In this document: positions 29,305-38,272 of the stretch, piece by piece
How the letters are laid out: the number at the start of each line of letters is the position of its first letter
How positions within the stretch are numbered: the first letter of the stretch is position 1
Virus record (IMG/VR): IMGVR_UViG_3300033074_001413
Location: 34,841 to 98,840 of that record
Length of the DNA stretch: 64,000 nt
Direction: 5' to 3' (one strand)
Origin: a virus
Lineage: Duplodnaviria > Caudoviricetes
Notes under the pieces: generated by a model
What the model saw: the letters and a program-made list of their open reading frames with translations, nothing else
The model's database searches: none
Told to the model about the DNA's origin: nothing
Translations under genes and position numbers: made by a program

Positions 29305-30174
29305 ATGAAAAACTACTCTGACTTCACACTTGCTATCAACGAAGCCACCGAGCTTCCCCAGATTAAATTCGGCGGGAAAAGCTGGATTGTCGACCAGCGT
29401 CTCGGTGAATTTCGGAACGCCAAGAACCCACATGAAGTGGTGAAAATTGGTGAGAACGAATTCAAAAGTACCGCTGAAAGGGATGCCTTCATTACCAAGT
29501 ACTTCCCGAAGCGGTTGACTGGTGACTCTCCTGGCTCATATGTCACTCCGGATGATATATGGCTTGGTGTTCACCTCAACACCGTCTTCGTAGAGCCAAA
29601 GGATCCGAGCGAGCGTGGGAAGATTGAGGCATATGGTGTGAAGGGCCTGAAGAGCACCCGATGGCGCAAGGTGTTCAAGAACGGTTATGAGATGCAACAG
29701 TGGCTCGAGAAAAATGATGCCGAAGTGGAAGGTATCCGGCCAGTCGAGGAGAGCGTGGTTCTTGAGGCGTCGGTGAATAAGCCTGGGTTTGTTGAGCAGA
29801 AGTTGCATGACACGCTTGGTCGTCACGGGTTTACTTTCGCAAAGACATTTCCCGGTGGGAAAGGCAACGCCACCCAAGTTGCCAAGTACACCCACCAAGA
29901 TGGACATGAAGTTCGTCTCGACAACGGCGGTACCCAGAGTTGGACAGCCGTTACTAACATAGGCAAACAAACCCACGGATATGGTCAGGATAAGTTAGCT
30001 GCTCATATCAACAAAGATTTCGGGTACTATCTTGGTGAGATATCTCCTCCTGGATGGAAGGGAACTACAATGGCCATGAAGAAGCATGGCATCAAGAAGC
30101 CATGGGCGCTAGCATGGTCAATGAAGAACAAAGGATATCAATCTCATAAGCGCGATCCGCGTGAGAGCCACTGA
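29305..30174 (+). CDS. Putative multi-domain internal head protein
   Basis: MKNYSDFTLAINEA leader; internal VEES/VLEA sites; C-terminal SPPGWKGT..AMKKH...PWALAWSMKNKGY. Confidence 0.65.
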   Translation: MKNYSDFTLAINEATELPQIKFGGKSWIVDQRLGEFRNAKNPHEVVKIGENEFKSTAERDAFITKYFPKRLTGDSPGSYVTPDDIWLGVHLNTVFVEPKDPSERGKIEAYGVKGLKSTRWRKVFKNGYEMQQWLEKNDAEVEGIRPVEESVVLEASVNKPGFVEQKLHDTLGRHGFTFAKTFPGGKGNATQVAKYTHQDGHEVRLDNGGTQSWTAVTNIGKQTHGYGQDKLAAHINKDFGYYLGEISPPGWKGTTMAMKKHGIKKPWALAWSMKNKGYQSHKRDPRESH

Positions 30175-30637
30175 GATTCGAACATGACAGCACAGGAATA
30201 TCTATCACAAACAATGAAGCGTATCCGGGACGAAATGGTAGCAGATCTTGAAAAGAATTCTGATCGTCCAATCATTAAATTGGAAGATGCGAAGTGTTCT
30301 ATCTGTGGTGAGCCAATAGGAAATCATGACCATTAGTTATGCGTCGAACAATAGCGTTCATAACAACGTGCATTCCACCCCAGTATTGGTCGGCCTTCCA
30401 GGACGGTCAATACTGGGATGACGTTTTGGTGGTTGGGTTGATAGCAGTGGCTCCGCTGGTGTACTTCTTCAGGCGGCTAAAGACTGCGTACCTGAATACT
30501 CGCCACTGTAGCGCAGAACAGCGCGATTAAGGTGTGGAAAACAACAAGCGGCCACTGGGAATGATCGAACGCCCACAAAGCGAAGTAGAAGTTCGATATT
30601 GCACAAAGTCCGTTGACAGTGACCCGCAGCCGCTGCA

Positions 30638-30820
30638 TTACTCCACCTCGGCGCGGTTGCGGTTGGCCTTTTTGAGGGCACGACGGGTGGCACGCTTGGA
30701 GACACGGTTCTTGAAGTAGCCACGCCCGTCGAGGCGACCGACGCTGCTCTTACGGCCTTCGGAACGGATATCCCCGACGTCAGGAGCCTCGGTGAGACGG
30801 ATGTTGGAGTAAGGGCGCAT
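30638..30820 (-). CDS. Small basic early protein
   Basis: Arg/Lys-rich; AGGTGA RBS; behind a TTGACA-18-TTTAAT promoter. Confidence 0.6.
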   Translation of the reverse strand: MRPYSNIRLTEAPDVGDIRSEGRKSSVGRLDGRGYFKNRVSKRATRRALKKANRNRAEVE

Positions 30821-30852
30821 ATGTCACCTGTATATAGGTTGGTTCAGAACCA

Positions 30853-31143
30853 TTAAACCATACAGGCGGGTGCTTTGTCAAATGAAATGTTGCCTTCATT
30901 ATCCCAACGCACAGTAATCGATCTCTTGCGTTGGCGAGATGTGATTTTGACACTGTTCCGGTGGAACACTCCACGGTAGGTGCGGTCCGGGGTGAAGTTC
31001 TTATTCAGCCACTGCCCGACCATCAGTAGCCATTCGCGTCTGTCTGTTGGGGTGTGTAGTGGAATCTTGATAGTGATGCGCTGGCCGTTGATTGTCAACC
31101 GCTCAGCCGGGATGCGTCTTTCGATGACGGAGACGTTCATCAC
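30853..31143 (-). CDS. Hypothetical protein
   Basis: 96-aa ORF in an operon. Confidence 0.5.
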   Translation of the reverse strand: MMNVSVIERRIPAERLTINGQRITIKIPLHTPTDRREWLLMVGQWLNKNFTPDRTYRGVFHRNSVKITSRQRKRSITVRWDNEGNISFDKAPACMV

Positions 31144-31469
31144 TTTATGTCAAAATCTGTCGTCCACTTTGCATCACGAGCCAGTTCTCCCGCTGGCACT
31201 CCGATGATTGGTTCAGTGACTGTCCCATCGGAAAGGCGAAATCGATAGAGTTGTAGACCGTTACAGTTCCAGGTAGCTCCGTTGGTGGACCCGTTCCCAG
31301 AACAGGCGGCGCGTTCCACGAGCATTACTTTGACTTTGAATTGTTGCGGAGCAATTTTGGTTGCTTGGTTGCCCGGTACCTGTGTCTGGGCATAGATAAC
31401 CACGCAAATCAACACACCCAAGACCACAACGGTGCTGAGTAGTTCGATTAGTTTCTTTTCTCGTGACAT
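31140..31469 (-). CDS. Membrane-anchored hypothetical protein
   Basis: N-terminal hydrophobic helix LLSTVVVLGVLICVVIYA. Confidence 0.6.
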   Translation of the reverse strand: MSREKKLIELLSTVVVLGVLICVVIYAQTQVPGNQATKIAPQQFKVKVMLVERAACSGNGSTNGATWNCNGLQLYRFRLSDGTVTEPIIGVPAGELARDAKWTTDFDIK

Positions 31470-31470
31470 G

Positions 31471-31857
31471 TCAGTTGTGGTGGTGGCAAATTCCACCCAT
31501 GTTGCCAGCAGCCCTGGCTTGACGAATGTGCGCCGTGGGCGTTTCCCAGATCGCCTGACCCTGGGCGCTGAGAATCCCAAACACGTTGCAGAATTGAACG
31601 TCGATGGGGTCGGTGTCGTTCAGACCGTGCGTTTCGACGAGGTCCTGGTTCACGACGGCGTGAAACACGTCGCCGTCGATGGATTTCACCTGCACCCAGA
31701 ATCGTTCCCCGGCAGAGGTCTGAGTGTTTTCCAAACCCACCTTCAGGAAACATCCTGGCTTGATACCGGAAGCCAAATGCTGTGGAGGATGGTGCCACTC
31801 TTTTGGAAACTGCCGAGCGCGATCCTCAGAGTTGATCAGTCGCCAATCGGTATTCAT
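31471..31857 (-). CDS. DUF2314-like protein
   Basis: GERFWVQV...GDVFHAVVNQD...L...D.I.V pattern. Confidence 0.55.
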   Translation of the reverse strand: MNTDWRLINSEDRARQFPKEWHHPPQHLASGIKPGCFLKVGLENTQTSAGERFWVQVKSIDGDVFHAVVNQDLVETHGLNDTDPIDVQFCNVFGILSAQGQAIWETPTAHIRQARAAGNMGGICHHHN

Positions 31858-31893
31858 ACCACAATTTAACTATGGCTGAAACCGAACTGTCAA

Positions 31894-32118
31894 CTATTGG
31901 ATTCCACCGTTTTCTTCCTGGGTGTATAGGGCAAACGATTCGGGAGTGCCGATATAAAGCATCTCAACGCCGTTGTCCTGGATCACCCAGTAGTTGGTGA
32001 GATGCATGTCTTCTTCATTTCCCTCAGCGTTGGGGATGACTATTTGACTGAACTGAAGAGCAAGCTCAACAGCTTCCTCCGGACCATCAAGGGTACCTTC
32101 TCTAATAATCTGAAACAT
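31894..32118 (-). CDS. Hypothetical acidic protein
   Basis: TATAAT-N6-ATG leaderless start. Confidence 0.55.
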   Translation of the reverse strand: MFQIIREGTLDGPEEAVELALQFSQIVIPNAEGNEEDMHLTNYWVIQDNGVEMLYIGTPESFALYTQEENGGIQ

Positions 32119-32125
32119 CGATTTA

Positions 32126-32563
32126 TTATACCTTACTGAACCCCGACCAGTCAAACCATGGATGCTTCTTGGCTGGATGGTTCCAGAATTTTGTACCACC
32201 GACAACGACTATTCTCTTCACGCCTAGCTTCTTCAGACCGTCTAACCAGTCGTCCAGAATGGCTGACATTTGTCCCTTACCTACTGTTACTTTGTCATCC
32301 TTGTAGAAATGTTGCATTATGCCAACCAGACCATCATCTCGATACGAAATGTCGAATTGAAGTTCGCCGATTTTGGTGCTCCCACTCATAACATCTGCTG
32401 GTAGTATCACTCTCCCTTGGTCGAGCATGAAACTTGGGCCTTCAGTTCTAACAGAACCCTGCAGTTCATGGTGACGTGATAGGAACTGGTCAGCAAAATG
32501 CTTGGCATTTGCTAAAGCGTCGGTGCTTTCCATGACTATGACGATATCGTTGAACAGTGACAT
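32126..32563 (-). CDS. Putative internal protein, GNAT-like C-terminus
   Basis: MSLFNDIVIVMES leader; GKGQMSAIL...LKKLGVKRIVVVGGTKFW. Confidence 0.45.
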   Translation of the reverse strand: MSLFNDIVIVMESTDALANAKHFADQFLSRHHELQGSVRTEGPSFMLDQGRVILPADVMSGSTKIGELQFDISYRDDGLVGIMQHFYKDDKVTVGKGQMSAILDDWLDGLKKLGVKRIVVVGGTKFWNHPAKKHPWFDWSGFSKV

Positions 32564-32645
32564 ATACTTACTATATAACTTTACGTAGAATTCCCAATGG
32601 GACAAGACTTTATTTTAAGGTAAGCTAAATCAATAAGAGGAACGA

Positions 32646-34441
32646 ATGGCTGTCACAATTACCCAGATTGGTGGATCGGATTTCATCAAAGATTCTAGAA
32701 CGATCATCAATACCAACTTTACCAACCTGAAGAATCTTCACAGGGAGCATCATCTGCATCTCCAGTAGTCATTTCCTATCCAAGCACTGCTGCATTCACT
32801 TGGCAAAATCAGGGGACTGCGACGGTATCTGGTGGAACTGGATCGCCACTCTTATTGACAGCGGCTGCATCGGCTTCTGACTCTCTTAAGATACTGGAGC
32901 AGAACTTTCCGTCTACACCATGGACAATCTACGTTTCTCTCGATATTGGTTTCAACAACTCCAACTATGCATGGGGCGGAATCTGTGTTAGAGACTCGAG
33001 CAACGGAAAGGTGATATCATGGGGTTATTCATTTCAGAACTCTTTCATATTAAGCTATGATAAGTGGACCAACGTCACTACTTATAGCGCACAGACAACA
33101 CTGCTTACCCATAATAATCCGTTTTCCACATTCAAACTGGCGTATGATGGCGTCAACTTTACGTTCTCGGCTAGCTATGATGGAGTGAATTTCATCCAGC
33201 TTCAGCAAATATCCAAGACGGATTTTCTAACCACTCCAGATAAAGTCGGCATATTTGCAAACAGCCGGAATAGCCAACCAGTTTATGTGAATGTATGGAA
33301 CTGGTCAACCACCAACACTGGCAACATCACGCTCTCGCAAGGGAGTATTGGATGTGTTGCAACGAGAACCACATCATTCTCTGTCAATAATACTACCGAT
33401 ACGGCCATAGTGTTTGATAACACTGTGAGAGACGATGCATCGTTCCATTCCGGGGCGACGTATTCGAGGTTAACGGTACCGGAAAGTGGATGGTATTTTA
33501 TAGCGGCTTCCGTTGATTGGGATACTAATAGTTCTGGAAGGAGATTCGTTCACATTAGAGTAGACGGAACAGATTGGCAATTCTCGAATGGTGCTAGCGC
33601 AATGAATGATAATAGGGTACCAGTAAGTGGTTCCGCTTATCTAAGTGCTGGTCAATATATTGAGATTATTGTTTATCAAGATTCTGGAGGTATTCGATCC
33701 ATTGATACCGCTCGTCTATCTGTAGTGCGGATGGGCACTTCACCGGGAGTTCCTACCATTGGTGCGATAGCATCAAAACCATCCACCCCAATCGCAGGAC
33801 AGATATACTATCCGACCGATTCCGTATACAACCTTATTCGATACAACGGGACTAGTTGGGATTACTTCAAGGACGGAAGAAAAGTAACAGTCCCTCCAAC
33901 CAACATTAGTTGGGTCAATCAAAATAGCGCTACATGGTCGACAACATATGACTACGGGAAACTCACCGTGGTTCAAGTCAATGGAACTGGCGGAACTCTG
34001 GCTTATGTAACTGTTCCCGCTGCCCCATACACATTTATAATCAAGTATAGAATTAACCCGGCTGCATACGTCAATTATTTCAATTGTGGAGGTGCGCTCT
34101 ATACCTCTGGTAGTGGGAAAGTAATCTCAATGGGTCCAGCATATGCCAACGGCGTTATGACATATCGCATGGGTAAATGGTCGGACTTCACAACCCTGTC
34201 TTCTAGCACCGATGTCCCAATGTTTGGGCACTTCGGCATGGAGTTCTGTGTTAGACTCCAAGATAACAGCACGAACATTGTAGTGGATTACTCGTCGGAT
34301 AGCGGGCTGAATTGGACCAATATTCTTAGTGAGACTAGGGCTACATTCTTGGGAACACCCACTGGCCTGGGATTCTTCTACCACAAAAATAACGCTACTG
34401 GTAGCGACATTGTCACTATCACGGAGTGGAGTGTGACATAA
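32646..34441 (+). CDS. Tail fibre/appendage-like protein (two ConA-like lectin modules flanking a C1q-like domain), interrupted by a frameshift near 32730
   Basis: Frame-0 start MAVTITQIGGSDFIKDSRTIINTNFTNL stops after 40 aa. The -1 frame is open from 32699 to 34441. C1q-like IVFD...RLTVPESGWYFIAASV...YLSAGQYIEI. Confidence 0.7.
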
Positions 34442-34872
34442 TGAAAAGACAAACGCTAGCATCGCGTGGTAGGGCCGTCATAGTACAACAGGCCCCACCA
34501 CCGAAACCAGCGCCGACTGGTATTAAGATTCAGATCAGGCAGGACGTCCGAAGGGGTTAGTTCAGCTTAGCGGCGGCGTCCCACAAACGCTCCGGGACCG
34601 CTTCTGCAGTGAGGCTGACGACGGAAGTTTTGTCGTAGGTCTCGATGTTGTTGCCAGCGATCATCCGACAGGCTTCTTGAATCAGTTCCTCGGTGACTTC
34701 GAATTCGACTGGGATCTTGGGACCCTCGGCGGTGACGGTGCCATCTTCGGATATCTCATCAAGGGATATGCTGAAGCCCATGATCACTCCAGCCTGTGGG
34801 CATTTACCTAAGCGGATAGCGTGGGCGATTCCTCCCACATAAGCGGAGTGTAGCAAAGCGCGTGCACGGAGT

Positions 34873-35409
34873 TCACTTGCGGCGTCGAGATTTTCCATTA
34901 CCCTCAAATTTTAGCTTGAGACGCTGGTACTCCGCAAGTTCTCTGGCGTTAACCTTGTCGTCGCGAATCTTGCGTATTGATGCGATCCAGGCATCGAACT
35001 TCTCGTCGGTGCAGTCAAGTTCCAGATCCACCGGGACATTGACGTGGAACGACTTGGAGAACTCGTTACCCTCTTCCTCGTCGGTGAAATCAACGCGGAT
35101 GTCCATCCAAAATGTCTTCGGCGGCTTGGGAACGCCGTCGACAAAGTCCATAGCATAGATGCCGCAACTCTGTCGGTGAACTCCGTAACTGGCCCGCGAT
35201 CCGCGCACTTGCCAAGTCTTCGGGAATTCGACTAACACCTGATCCTGGTCGTTGGCGATGTGATGTTCGATCTTCCGCCATAGCTTGCTGTACATATGGA
35301 AATAGGTGTCCACCATTCTCTGAAGTCCAGCAATGTGGCGCATGTGCGCGACGATATTGCCGCCTTCGAGTAGTGCGACTGCCTGTTCCCTCGGATCTGG
35401 TTTAGCCAT
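34873..35409 (-). CDS. Hypothetical protein
   Basis: ORF MAKPDP..., ending EYQRLKLKFE. Confidence 0.55.
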   Translation of the reverse strand: MAKPDPREQAVALLEGGNIVAHMRHIAGLQRMVDTYFHMYSKLWRKIEHHIANDQDQVLVEFPKTWQVRGSRASYGVHRQSCGIYAMDFVDGVPKPPKTFWMDIRVDFTDEEEGNEFSKSFHVNVPVDLELDCTDEKFDAWIASIRKIRDDKVNARELAEYQRLKLKFEGNGKSRRRK

Positions 35410-35507
35410 TACCGAACACCATGTGAGCGCTCCAGCCGACGAGTCCACCAATGAACATACCAATCATGAACAGAATCGTTTCACGGTTGGTTGGTGGCCA
35501 AGCGCCA

Positions 35508-35816
35508 TCACGTATTAAATCTTCGTAGCGCCTCATCCAGACTCTCTCCATCTCGTTTCGATGACAACACAAATTCAATAAACCCCTCGCCACGTTGCGA
35601 GTCTACATATTCCACCAACTCAACAATCGCGTCGATAATTTCATCCAGGCTGATGTCTGTGTCAACTTTGGCCGAACGGATTTTGCGGTGTGCCTCGCGT
35701 ACGGATTGGGGCACACCGCTGAGTAGCTCTAGTCGTCCCGCGATTCCCATACAGGCACCGAAGACAATCAGACATCCTTGCTTGGTGAACTGCTGGAGAT
35801 ATTCGCGTGTGACCAT
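35508..35816 (-). CDS. Hypothetical protein
   Basis: 102-aa ORF. Confidence 0.5.
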   Translation of the reverse strand: MVTREYLQQFTKQGCLIVFGACMGIAGRLELLSGVPQSVREAHRKIRSAKVDTDISLDEIIDAIVELVEYVDSQRGEGFIEFVLSSKRDGESLDEALRRFNT

Positions 35817-35850
35817 GTTACCCTACTTCCGAACGCGACCGTTGCGAGGT

Positions 35851-36270
35851 TTACCTTGCCGTCGCTTTGCGCTTGGCCCAGGCCTTCTTCGAAGCCTTGC
35901 TCATCTTCTGCCGGAAGGCGCGGGACGAGCGGTCGACACGCGGCTTTGCGTTGATCTTCAGCGGGCTGGTGGCTGGTGTGGACGTGGGCGTACCGGACCC
36001 GGTCAGTCGCTTCAGAAATTCCTCGGCGCGTTCGAGAATCTCGGGCGGAATCTCTTCGGTGATCTCGCCGTTGATCGCCAGTTCGTGGTCCTGGGCGACC
36101 ATCCCTTCGAGGTGGGCGATGTCGCGATACAGGTCACGCAGGTTCTGCACCATGGTCGTCACGCGACTCTTGGTGACGGCGAGGCAGCGCAAAATAACAA
36201 GAGCGGCATCGGGAGCCACTCCGGGGGTGGGGGTTGGAACTTTGGCTTTCATGTTTGTGGATGTCTCCAT
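35851..36270 (-). CDS. Putative DNA-binding protein with a basic C-terminal tail
   Basis: Coiled-coil N-terminus; RAFRQKMSKASKKAWAKRK tail. Confidence 0.5.
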   Translation of the reverse strand: METSTNMKAKVPTPTPGVAPDAALVILRCLAVTKSRVTTMVQNLRDLYRDIAHLEGMVAQDHELAINGEITEEIPPEILERAEEFLKRLTGSGTPTSTPATSPLKINAKPRVDRSSRAFRQKMSKASKKAWAKRKATAR

Positions 36271-36316
36271 TCATCCACAATCGTACCATAAGCCAAATCG
36301 AATATGCAAGTATTTT

Positions 36317-36391
36317 TGGAGCCGGGGGCGAGAATCGAACTCGCGATTAGAGGTTTTGCAGACCTTTACCTTACCACTTGGCTACCCCGGC
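36317..36391 (-). tRNA. tRNA-Cys(GCA) copy 2
   Basis: Cloverleaf; anticodon loop CU-GCA-AA; U73; encoded CCA. Confidence 0.92.
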
Positions 36392-36396
36392 TTGTT

Positions 36397-36471
36397 TGGT
36401 GGGCCTGGATGGACTTGAACCATCTTCATGTGATTAAAAGTCACATGCTTCACCATAAAAGCTTCAGGCCC
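36397..36471 (-). tRNA. tRNA-Lys(UUU) copy 2 (atypical A8/U14)
   Basis: UGUGA-CUUUUAA-UCACA; GGUUCAAGUCC; CCA. Confidence 0.88.
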
Positions 36472-36473
36472 TT

Positions 36474-36550
36474 TGGAGCCGGGAGTGGGATTTGAACCCA
36501 CGATTAGCGGATTTGCAGTCCGCCGCCTTACCAGACTTGGCTATCCCGGC
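36474..36550 (-). tRNA. tRNA-Cys(GCA) copy 1
   Basis: GCGGA-CUGCAAA-UCCGC; U73; CCA. Confidence 0.94.
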
Positions 36551-36551
36551 T

Positions 36552-36628
36552 TGGTGGCCCCAGAGGGATTCGAACCCTCGACTCTCTGGTTAAAAGCCAG
36601 ATACTCTAAACCGCTGAGTTATGGGGCT
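36552..36628 (-). tRNA. tRNA-Lys(UUU) copy 1
   Basis: UCUGG-CUUUUAA-CCAGA; CCA; apparent A1:C72 mismatch. Confidence 0.92.
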
Positions 36629-36635
36629 AGAAACT

Positions 36636-36711
36636 TGGTGGGCCTGGAAGGACTTGAACCTTCAACTCCCTGCTTAAGAGGCAGGTACTCTGACCATTGA
36701 GTTACAGACCC
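36636..36711 (-). tRNA. tRNA-Lys(CUU)
   Basis: CCUGC-CUCUUAA-GCAGG; CCA. Confidence 0.94.
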
Positions 36712-36719
36712 TTGAATTT

Positions 36720-36804
36720 GCCAGACTGACTGAACGGAGATAGGAGGTGCCAGCCGTCTGGCTAGCGTTTGGTGGGACAACAGCGCTTGAGCTTGGTGAG
36801 CATC
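36720..36804 (-). ncRNA. Putative small RNA in the tRNA-operon leader with an anti-Shine-Dalgarno loop
   Basis: Follows TTGACA plus TAAATA promoter elements; hairpin GCCAGAC-GGCUG[GCACCUCCUAUCUCCGUU]CAGUC-A-GUCUGGC. Confidence 0.5.
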
Positions 36805-37237
36805 ATCAGTATTTAGTACACCACAGATTGCGACACGTGTCAAGTATCAACTTTCGACACGTGACTTAGTGTTCCGTTGAGCTTGCCACAGCATATAGAG
36901 TGCTGGCCATTCTGAATCACTTTCCTTGGCTCTGTACATCTCCCGTTTCTCGAGGACTTGAAGTCGAACAAAGTCGGGAGCATCAGGATGCGGATAGCTG
37001 ACTAACCAGAAGACGGATAGGACAAGACATCTCCTTCCATCATCAATACGTTCTTCAACATGGTATCCATCCACTCTTTCCTCAAGAACTGGTGGGTGAT
37101 CAGAGTTGACGAACGCACACGTCACGTATGAAATTTGGTTATCATCCGCCATATGGTTTTCCAGAAGTTGACCCACTTGTCCCGTATAGCCACGGCGCGT
37201 GGCTCACCGCGCTCGACGCGTTGAAAGAAGTCTGTCA

Positions 37238-37465
37238 TCAAGAATGCGAACGGCATAACAGTTTGCTGACCTCCAGAATCTTACGAGACGATACTAACTT
37301 GGCACGTGAATCTTCCACAGCAGACCGCAGATAGAGCGGAATGTCGTAATGCGGATGATCACCACCATCGAACCAACAGCGTTTAATTCCGACCTCAGCG
37401 GCAAAGGTATGAAGCTCCTGAAGAGTATCCGCTACCAAGTGCCGCTGTGTGTCGTAGTAGATCAG
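37238..37465 (-). CDS. DUF4031 family protein
   Basis: HLVADTLQELHTFAAEVGIKRCWF...HPHYDI (start codon uncertain). Confidence 0.8.
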   Translation of the reverse strand: MIYYDTQRHLVADTLQELHTFAAEVGIKRCWFDGGDHPHYDIPLYLRSAVEDSRAKLVSSRKILEVSKLLCRSHS

Positions 37466-37731
37466 ATTTCCTCTTCCGGTAGACGCTGGAAGTTCTCGGT
37501 GTGCCACGCGTAGTGCACCTTCCCGTCCTGGGTGACCACAGCAACGTGCCCAGGCATGCGCTCGACTTCGCCTAGCACAAGGACCGTATCACCGTCGTGG
37601 AATGGGAGTGGCTTGCCTGTTTTGGCCGCATGGGATTCGCGTTCGGGACAGTCGAAGTCTACTACCTTAGCAAGGTAGAGTTGATACCGCCGCGAATCCC
37701 TGACACGCTTTTTGGCGATGCGCCTTTTCAT
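37462..37731 (-). CDS. Hypothetical protein
   Basis: LGEVERMPGHVAVV...GKVH..WHTENF. Confidence 0.6.
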   Translation of the reverse strand: MKRRIAKKRVRDSRRYQLYLAKVVDFDCPERESHAAKTGKPLPFHDGDTVLVLGEVERMPGHVAVVTQDGKVHYAWHTENFQRLPEEEI

Positions 37732-38021
37732 CTACGCGCAACCGCTCTGGACATCGATGCCACGCGCTGGCGGGGGGCGGCGTCACCGGGACCACCGGGA
37801 TCGTTCTTCACCTTCTCCGGGACCACGATGCCCTTTTTCTTAGGGACTTCTTCAATCTGATGCTCGTCGAAGTACTCGGCCTGGACTGTCTTACCTTCGA
37901 ACATCTCCTGTGGTTGCAAGCCAACGCGAGCGCAGCTATAGAGGAACACCGTGCGCGATACGGCTACGCCAGTGAACCCCGTGATTTTGTCTTTGTAGAC
38001 CTTACCAAGGGTGATTTCCAT
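37728..38021 (-). CDS. Conserved phage hypothetical protein
   Basis: LG..YKDKITGFTGV...C....LQP...YFDE motif; leaderless start. Confidence 0.7.
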   Translation of the reverse strand: MEITLGKVYKDKITGFTGVAVSRTVFLYSCARVGLQPQEMFEGKTVQAEYFDEHQIEEVPKKKGIVVPEKVKNDPGGPGDAAPRQRVASMSRAVARR

Positions 38022-38272
38022 AATCTAATCATACCTCAACCACGGGCGCTCCGTCAAGTGACTGTCCACACTCTGGACAAACGTCAATGCTAGCATCCGA
38101 TGGAGGAGGTGGTAGCAAACAGTACATGCAGTGAACGCCATTACCACAGGCGCATAATGAGAAGCTCTTACAGTTGGACTGCACAGTGCAATAACCGTGC
38201 GAGATGCATTTTTCGTCTTCCATAAAAGATCAAGGGGCCATCTTTCGATGACCCCTTTATTATACCACAATC

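Noticed and set aside
16574-29433. Numerous 60-180 aa alternative-frame ORFs within the giant gene
   Set aside because: Expected shadow ORFs of a long, biased coding sequence, with no independent signals.
36304-36843. ORFs over the tRNA cluster, and the + strand AGGAGGTG as an RBS
   Set aside because: The ORFs are translations of tRNA genes; no credible start codon or ORF follows the + strand SD-like sequence.
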